A DNA stretch of 64,000 bases from an uncultured Candidatus Rokubacteria bacterium (GTDB lineage Bacteria > Methylomirabilota > Methylomirabilia > Rokubacteriales > DASRDR01), in contig CAVPSB010000014.1 of assembly GCA_963708025.1 (NCBI GenBank), forward strand, positions 256,001-320,000, written 5' to 3'. Every line of letters starts with the position of its first letter. The stretch's first letter is position 1. Shown here piece after piece: positions 59,136 through 64,000 of the stretch. The notes beneath the pieces are model-generated. The model did not search any database. It was not told the DNA's origin and was given only the letters and a program-made list of their open reading frames with translations. Made by a program: the position numbers and the translations under genes.

Positions 59136-60129
59136 GTGATCCAGCTCGACAGCGCGTGGGGGACGCCCGAGGAGGGACAGCCGCGCCCGGCCGATCTGCG
59201 GCGCGAGCGGCTCCGGAGCCTGGTCCGGCGCTCGGCCCTGTTCGTGCCGGTCAACGTGCCGAGGTTCGTCGAGAAGGCCCACGCGCGCGGGGCCGACGCG
59301 ATCATCCTCGACCTGGAGGACAGCATCCCGGCCGCCGAGAAGCCGGCGGCCCGCCGCCTGGTCCGGGAGGCGACGCGGGAGTGCGCCCGGGGCGGCGCCG
59401 ATATCGAGGTCCGCATCAACAAGCCCTTCGCCCTGGCGGTGGAGGACCTCGACGCCGCCGTCTGGCCGGGGCTCGACACCATCCTGTTCCCCAAGGCCGA
59501 GTCGGCGCGCGAGATCGCGACGCTGGACGCGCTCATCGCCGAGCGGGAGCGCCCCCGCGGGATGCCGGTCGGCGGCGTCCAGCTCTCGATCGCCGTCGAG
59601 ACGGCGCTCGGCCTCTACAACGCCGTGGCCATCGCGCTGGCCAGCCCGCGCACCGTGGCCATCGCGCTCGGCTCCGAGGACTTCACCCTGGACATCGAGG
59701 TGGAGCCGACCAAGACGGGGGAGGAGTACTTCCACGGGAAGGCCCAGATGATCATCGTGGCGCGGCTGGCCGGGGTGCAGCCGCACGGGATCATCGGCAG
59801 CATCGCCGACTACGGCGACCTCGACGCGATGGCCACCGCCATCCGCCGCGCCCGGGCGATGGGCTACATGGGGGCGAGCTGCATCCACCCCGCCCAGGTC
59901 GCGCCGCTCAACACCTACTTCTCGCCCGCGGCCGAGGAGGTCGAGCGGGCCCGGAGGGTCGTGGCGGCCTTCGACGCCGCGGTGGCCGAGGGGCGGGCGT
60001 CGGTCGGCATCGACGGGAAGATGGTTGAACATCCCGGTGGCCGAGCGGGCCCGGCGGTTGCTCGCCCGGGTCGTCGCCATCGAGACGAAGGAAGCCCGTA
60101 AGCGCTCCGCCTTGGAGCGCGGACGGTGA
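59136..60129 (+). CDS. HpcH/HpaI aldolase / citrate lyase beta (CitE) family protein (frameshift near 60028)
   Basis: RRSALFVP, ILDLEDS, VRIN, FPKAES, GSEDF, CIHPAQV, DGKMV|IPV. Confidence 0.88.
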
Positions 60130-60151
60130 GGGGCAGCTCCGGCAGGGCGCC

Positions 60152-60691
60152 TCAGCCGTGGAGCATGCGGCGGCCGGAGCGGTCCCGCGCATCGGGCTCG
60201 AGGCCGAGGTAGCGCTGGCGGACGTCGTCCCACAGCGCGAGCCGCTCCCAGCGCGGCTCGGGGGCCAGCCTCTGCTCGTCGGTGAGGAAGGGATTCGGGA
60301 AGAGGAGGGTCACCTGCTCCTCCCCCCGGCCGTTGAGGAGGCGCAGGCCCCAGCTGTCCGGGGTGCCGTCGGCGTTGAGGCGCCGGTAGAAGTAGGCTTG
60401 GCTGGTCCGGCGGTGGCGGGCCAGCTCCGGGCTGGCGCCCCGGTGCTCGCCGACGCACAGGTGGAAGTGGAGGTGGCCGAAGTCCACGGTCAGGTAGCCG
60501 TCGAGGTAGCCGACCCGCTTCGGCGGCCCCTGGGCGGTAATCTCCCAGGCCGAGCCCTGGATCAGCGGCCCGAAGATCAGCTCCCGCCAGTGGTGCTCGA
60601 AGAGATCGGTCAGCAGCCGGCGGAGGAGCTCCTCGGCGGGATCGAGGTCCCAGACCTCCAGCCGGCCGAGACCCGGCTCGTTCGACCTCAC
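60152..60691 (-). CDS. Conserved-looking hypothetical protein
   Basis: Globular, aromatic-rich ORF with typical codon usage (FGPLIQG, HFHLC, SWGLRL, FPNPFL). Confidence 0.7.
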   Translation of the reverse strand: MRSNEPGLGRLEVWDLDPAEELLRRLLTDLFEHHWRELIFGPLIQGSAWEITAQGPPKRVGYLDGYLTVDFGHLHFHLCVGEHRGASPELARHRRTSQAYFYRRLNADGTPDSWGLRLLNGRGEEQVTLLFPNPFLTDEQRLAPEPRWERLALWDDVRQRYLGLEPDARDRSGRRMLHG

Positions 60692-60784
60692 GGGGTCCGG
60701 CGGCTCTCACCTGACCATCCCGGGCGTTACCCGAGCATCCACGGCGCGCTGCGCGCCGGATCGCGGCGCCGGACTCCGGCGGCG

Positions 60785-63073
60785 TCACTCATTGCTGGTG
60801 AGGGTGACGGTGGCCGAGCTGGGGCTGCCGATCAGGTAGGTGGGGTCGGGGGTGAGGGTCGCGACGATGGTCTCCGGACCCTCCACGTCGGGGTCGTCGA
60901 TGGGCGTCACGGTGAACTCGGTGAAGGTCGCCCCGACGGGGATCGTGACGCTCGGCGGGAGTGCGACGTAGTCGGCGCCGGGGGTGGCGGAGCCGGCGAC
61001 GGTGAAGAAGACGGTCAGGGAGGCGGCGGTGCTACCGGTGCGGGTGATGCGGAAGCGGCCGGTGCTAGCGGGCTCGGCGGCGGTGGCGTCAGGCGCCGTG
61101 ATGCGCACGACACCGTCGTCGCTGGTGAGGGTGATGGTGGCGGAGCTGGGGCTGCCGATCCGGTAGGTGGGGTCGGGGGTGAGGGTCGCGACGATGGTCT
61201 CCGGACCCTCCACGTCGGGGTCGTCGATGGGCGTCACGGTGAACTCGATGAAGGTCGCCCCGACGGGGATGGTGACGCTCGGCGGGAGCGCAACGTAGTC
61301 GGCGCCGGGGGTGGCGGTGCCGGCGACGGTGAAGAAGACGGTCAGGGAGACGGCGGTGCCGCCGGTGCGGGTGATGCGGAAGCGGCCGGTGCTGGCGGGC
61401 TCGGCGGCGGTGGCGTCGGGCGCCGTCATGGTGACCGTGCCGTCATTGCTGGTGAGGGTCACGGTGGCGGAGCTGGGGCTGCCGATCGCGTAGGTGGGGT
61501 CGGGGGTGAGGGTGGCGATGATCGTCTCGGGCGGCTCGAAGAGGGAGTCGTCGATCGGTGTCACGGTGAACTCGGTGAAGGTCGCCCCGACGGGGATGGT
61601 GACGCTCGGCGGGAGCGCGATGTAGTCGGCGCCGGGGGTGGCGGTGCCGGCGACGGTGAAGAAGACGGTCAGGGGGACGGCGGTGCCGCCGGTGCGGGTG
61701 ATGCGGAAGCGGCCGGTGCTGGCGGGCTCGGCGGCGGTGGCGTCGGGCGCCGTGATGGTGACCGTGCCGTCATTGCTGGTGAGGGTCACGGTGGCGGAGC
61801 TGGGGCTGCCGACCGCGTAGGTGGGGTCGGGGGTGAGGGTGGCGATGATCGTCTCGGGCGGCTCGAAGAGGGAGTCGTCGATCGGTGTCACGGTGAACTC
61901 GGTGAAGGTCGCCCCGACGGGGATGGTGACGCTCGGCGGGAGCGCGACGTAGTCGACGCCGGGGGTGGCGGTGCCGGCGACGGTGAAGAAGACGGTCAGG
62001 GGGACGGCGGTGCCGCCGGTGCGGGTGATGCGGAAGCGGCCGGTGCTGGCGGGCTCGGCGGCGGTGGCGTCGGGCGCCGTGATGGTGACCGTGCCGTCAT
62101 TGCTGGTGAGGGTCACGGTGGCGGAGCTGGGGCTGCCGACCGCGTAGGTGGGGTTGGGGGTGAGGGTCGCGATGATCGTCTCGGGCGGTTCGAAGAGGGA
62201 GTCGTCGATCGGCGTCACGGCGACGGGCGCGGAGGCGGCGCCGGCGGGGATGGTGACGCTCGGCGGGAGCGCGACGTAGTTGACGCCGGGGGTGGCGGTG
62301 CCGGAGGCGGTGAGGAAGACGGTCAGGGGGACGGCGGTGCCGCCGGTGCGCGCGACCAGGAACTGGCCGGGATTGGCGGGCTCGGCGGCGGTGGCGTCGG
62401 GCGCCGTGATGGTGACGGTGCTGTCGTCGCTGGTGAGGGTCACCGTGGCCGAGGCGGGGCTGCCGACCACGTAGGCCGGGTTGGGGGTGAGGGTCGCGAT
62501 GATCGTCTCGGGCGGTTCGAAGAGGGAGTCGTCGATCGGCGTCACGGCGACGGGCGCGGAGGCGGCGCCGGCGGGGATGGTGACGCTCGGCGGGAGCGCG
62601 ACGTAGTCGACGCCGGGGGTGGCGGTGCCAGCGACGGTGAGGAAGACGGTCAGGGGGACGGCGGTGCCGCCGGTGCGCGCGACCAGGAACTGGCCGGGAT
62701 TGGCGGGCTCGGCGGCGGTGGCGTCGGGCGCCGTGATGGTGACGGTGCTGTCGTTGCTGGTGAGGGTCACCGTGGCCGAGGCGGGGCTGCCGACCACGTA
62801 GGCCGGGTTGGGGGCGAGCGTCGCGATGATCGTCTCGGGTGGCTCGAAGAGGGAATCGTCGATCGGTGTCACGGTGACGGGCGCGAAGGCGGCGCCGGCG
62901 GGGATGGTGACGCTCGGCGGGAGCGCGACATAGTCGACGCCGGAGGTGGCGGTCCCCGCGACGGTGAGGAAGACGATCAGGGGGTTGGTGGTGCTGCCGG
63001 TGCGCGAGATCTGGAACGCTCCCGGATCGGCCGGCTCACCCGCGGCCGCATCGGTTGCCGTGATCGTGACGGC
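60785..63073. repeat. Intragenic tandem repeat, 7 x 327 bp
   Basis: Equivalent antisense ORFs recur at 60984, 61311, 61638, 61965, 62619 and 62946 (multiples of 327). Confidence 0.9.
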
Positions 63074-63670
63074 GGGGCGCGGCGGTGGGGCCGGCGGTGG
63101 GGCCGGCCCCGGTGAGGGACCCGGAGATGGGCCGCCGGTCGTGAGGGTGAACTCCAGCTCGTTCGACGTGGCTTCGCCACCCGGCGGCGCCGCGGTCCCA
63201 CGCGGCGTGGACACCGAGAAGCAGAGTCGTGTCTGCCCTGCTGGCACCTGGAGGCCCATGACGACGAGCAGCACGTTGCCGGCGAGGTTGGCGTCGGCGA
63301 TGGTCACGGCTGCGAGGAGGGGGCCCTGCTCGGGGGCCTGGCAAGTGACGTCGCTCGGAGTGGTGTTCCGCACCAGGGCCTGTCCGCCCACCACCGCGTC
63401 GGGATTCGAGACCGTCACCGTGAGCTCCACTGACACGGGACGATCGGGCAGGACACGACCCAGGGGCCGGACTCTGAGGTCGGAGATCACCAGAAGCTGC
63501 TGCGGGTTCGCCCCGCCGCCTCCCCAGCAGCCCTGGATCTGCAACAGGAGCCCGATCAGGCCAGCGGATCGACGACCCCAGCCGCGGCCGGCTGTCCGGC
63601 GCCAACCGCCGTGGGGCGCCCGGAGCGGGGTGCTCGTCACAGCGGCTTTCGACCGCCTGACCGATCCCAC
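60785..63670 (-). CDS. Surface (lipo)protein with N-terminal beta-sandwich domain and 7 Calx-beta repeats
   Basis: QGC-WGGGG, Pro linker, then 7 x 109 aa with GTAT-x-G-x-DY, TPIDD and E-x2-ET motifs. Confidence 0.85.
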   Translation of the reverse strand: MGSVRRSKAAVTSTPLRAPHGGWRRTAGRGWGRRSAGLIGLLLQIQGCWGGGGANPQQLLVISDLRVRPLGRVLPDRPVSVELTVTVSNPDAVVGGQALVRNTTPSDVTCQAPEQGPLLAAVTIADANLAGNVLLVVMGLQVPAGQTRLCFSVSTPRGTAAPPGGEATSNELEFTLTTGGPSPGPSPGPAPPPAPPPRPAVTITATDAAAGEPADPGAFQISRTGSTTNPLIVFLTVAGTATSGVDYVALPPSVTIPAGAAFAPVTVTPIDDSLFEPPETIIATLAPNPAYVVGSPASATVTLTSNDSTVTITAPDATAAEPANPGQFLVARTGGTAVPLTVFLTVAGTATPGVDYVALPPSVTIPAGAASAPVAVTPIDDSLFEPPETIIATLTPNPAYVVGSPASATVTLTSDDSTVTITAPDATAAEPANPGQFLVARTGGTAVPLTVFLTASGTATPGVNYVALPPSVTIPAGAASAPVAVTPIDDSLFEPPETIIATLTPNPTYAVGSPSSATVTLTSNDGTVTITAPDATAAEPASTGRFRITRTGGTAVPLTVFFTVAGTATPGVDYVALPPSVTIPVGATFTEFTVTPIDDSLFEPPETIIATLTPDPTYAVGSPSSATVTLTSNDGTVTITAPDATAAEPASTGRFRITRTGGTAVPLTVFFTVAGTATPGADYIALPPSVTIPVGATFTEFTVTPIDDSLFEPPETIIATLTPDPTYAIGSPSSATVTLTSNDGTVTMTAPDATAAEPASTGRFRITRTGGTAVSLTVFFTVAGTATPGADYVALPPSVTIPVGATFIEFTVTPIDDPDVEGPETIVATLTPDPTYRIGSPSSATITLTSDDGVVRITAPDATAAEPASTGRFRITRTGSTAASLTVFFTVAGSATPGADYVALPPSVTIPVGATFTEFTVTPIDDPDVEGPETIVATLTPDPTYLIGSPSSATVTLTSNE

Positions 63671-63677
63671 GCACGGG

Positions 63678-63705
63678 ACTCTACCAGAATGAGCCGCCGT
63701 GGCAA
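63678..63705 (-). promoter_or_regulatory. sigma70-type promoter, probably giving a leaderless transcript
   Basis: TTGCCA-N16-TAGAGT with TG extension, 7 nt before GTG 63670. Confidence 0.45.
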
Positions 63706-63804
63706 AACTTCAACACGGGGAGCGGGACACCCGAGCGGGCCGTCACTCACGGGACAGTGACGAGTGCTCGGAGCTGGGGAGCCGTCGAGGCCCCCTCCGA
63801 TGAT

Positions 63805-64000
63805 TCACGCCAACGCGGAGCGCCGGCGGGCGGCGGCCTCCCACAGCGCCCGGGCCACCGGGATCGCCACCGCCAGCAGGGCGGCCGAGGTCAGCGCCGC
63901 CGCGATCGGCCGCTGGAAGAAGATCGCGAGCCCGGAGTCCGAGATGATCAGCGACTGGCGGAGGGCCCGCTCGGCCAGCGGCCCCAGCACGAGGGCGAGG
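63805..64000 (-). CDS. tctA: Tripartite tricarboxylate transporter large permease, 3' end (window edge)
   Basis: LALVLGPLAERALRQSLIIS...FFQRPI is a typical TctA C-terminus. Confidence 0.8.
   Translation of the reverse strand, partial: LALVLGPLAERALRQSLIISDSGLAIFFQRPIAAALTSAALLAVAIPVARALWEAAARRRSALA

Noticed and set aside
60785-63073. Regular repeats as a possible CRISPR array or diversity-generating retroelement template/variable repeats
   Set aside because: The units are 327 bp, in frame and without spacers; no cas or reverse transcriptase gene is present, and the differences do not look adenine-specific.

Overview
Very GC-rich bacterial chromosome segment with about 52 genes. Gene content resembles soil 'Ca. 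Rokubacteria'-type genomes, but that is an unverified impression. About ten conserved genes carry single-base frameshifts, most consistent with long-read indel errors. Content is mostly catabolism and transport: two Dpp/Opp-type ABC modules without ATPases, a molybdoenzyme subunit, an L-fucose-type oxidative cluster, malQ, a GH13 enzyme, a Bcp/Trx/Prx5 redox block, a DUF433/DUF5615 toxin-antitoxin pair and a Calx-beta repeat surface protein. No rRNA, tRNA or CRISPR array was seen. Main leads: (1) an operon joining a triuret-hydrolase-type enzyme to FdrA, DUF1116, carbamate kinase, an NCS2 permease and an allophanate-hydrolase C-terminal-like domain, suggesting an ATP-yielding carbamoyl-transfer route for poly-ureide breakdown; (2) a UxxC selenoprotein hidden by an in-frame TGA, with a SECIS-like hairpin; (3) an RSPP-ending leader ORF upstream of a UPF0182 gene; (4) a structured MITE-like repeat with compensatory base changes; (5) a decayed conjugative-element remnant (traL, ParB and primase fragments) that truncates a metal ABC permease; (6) an unnamed lipoprotein domain present at both ends of the window.
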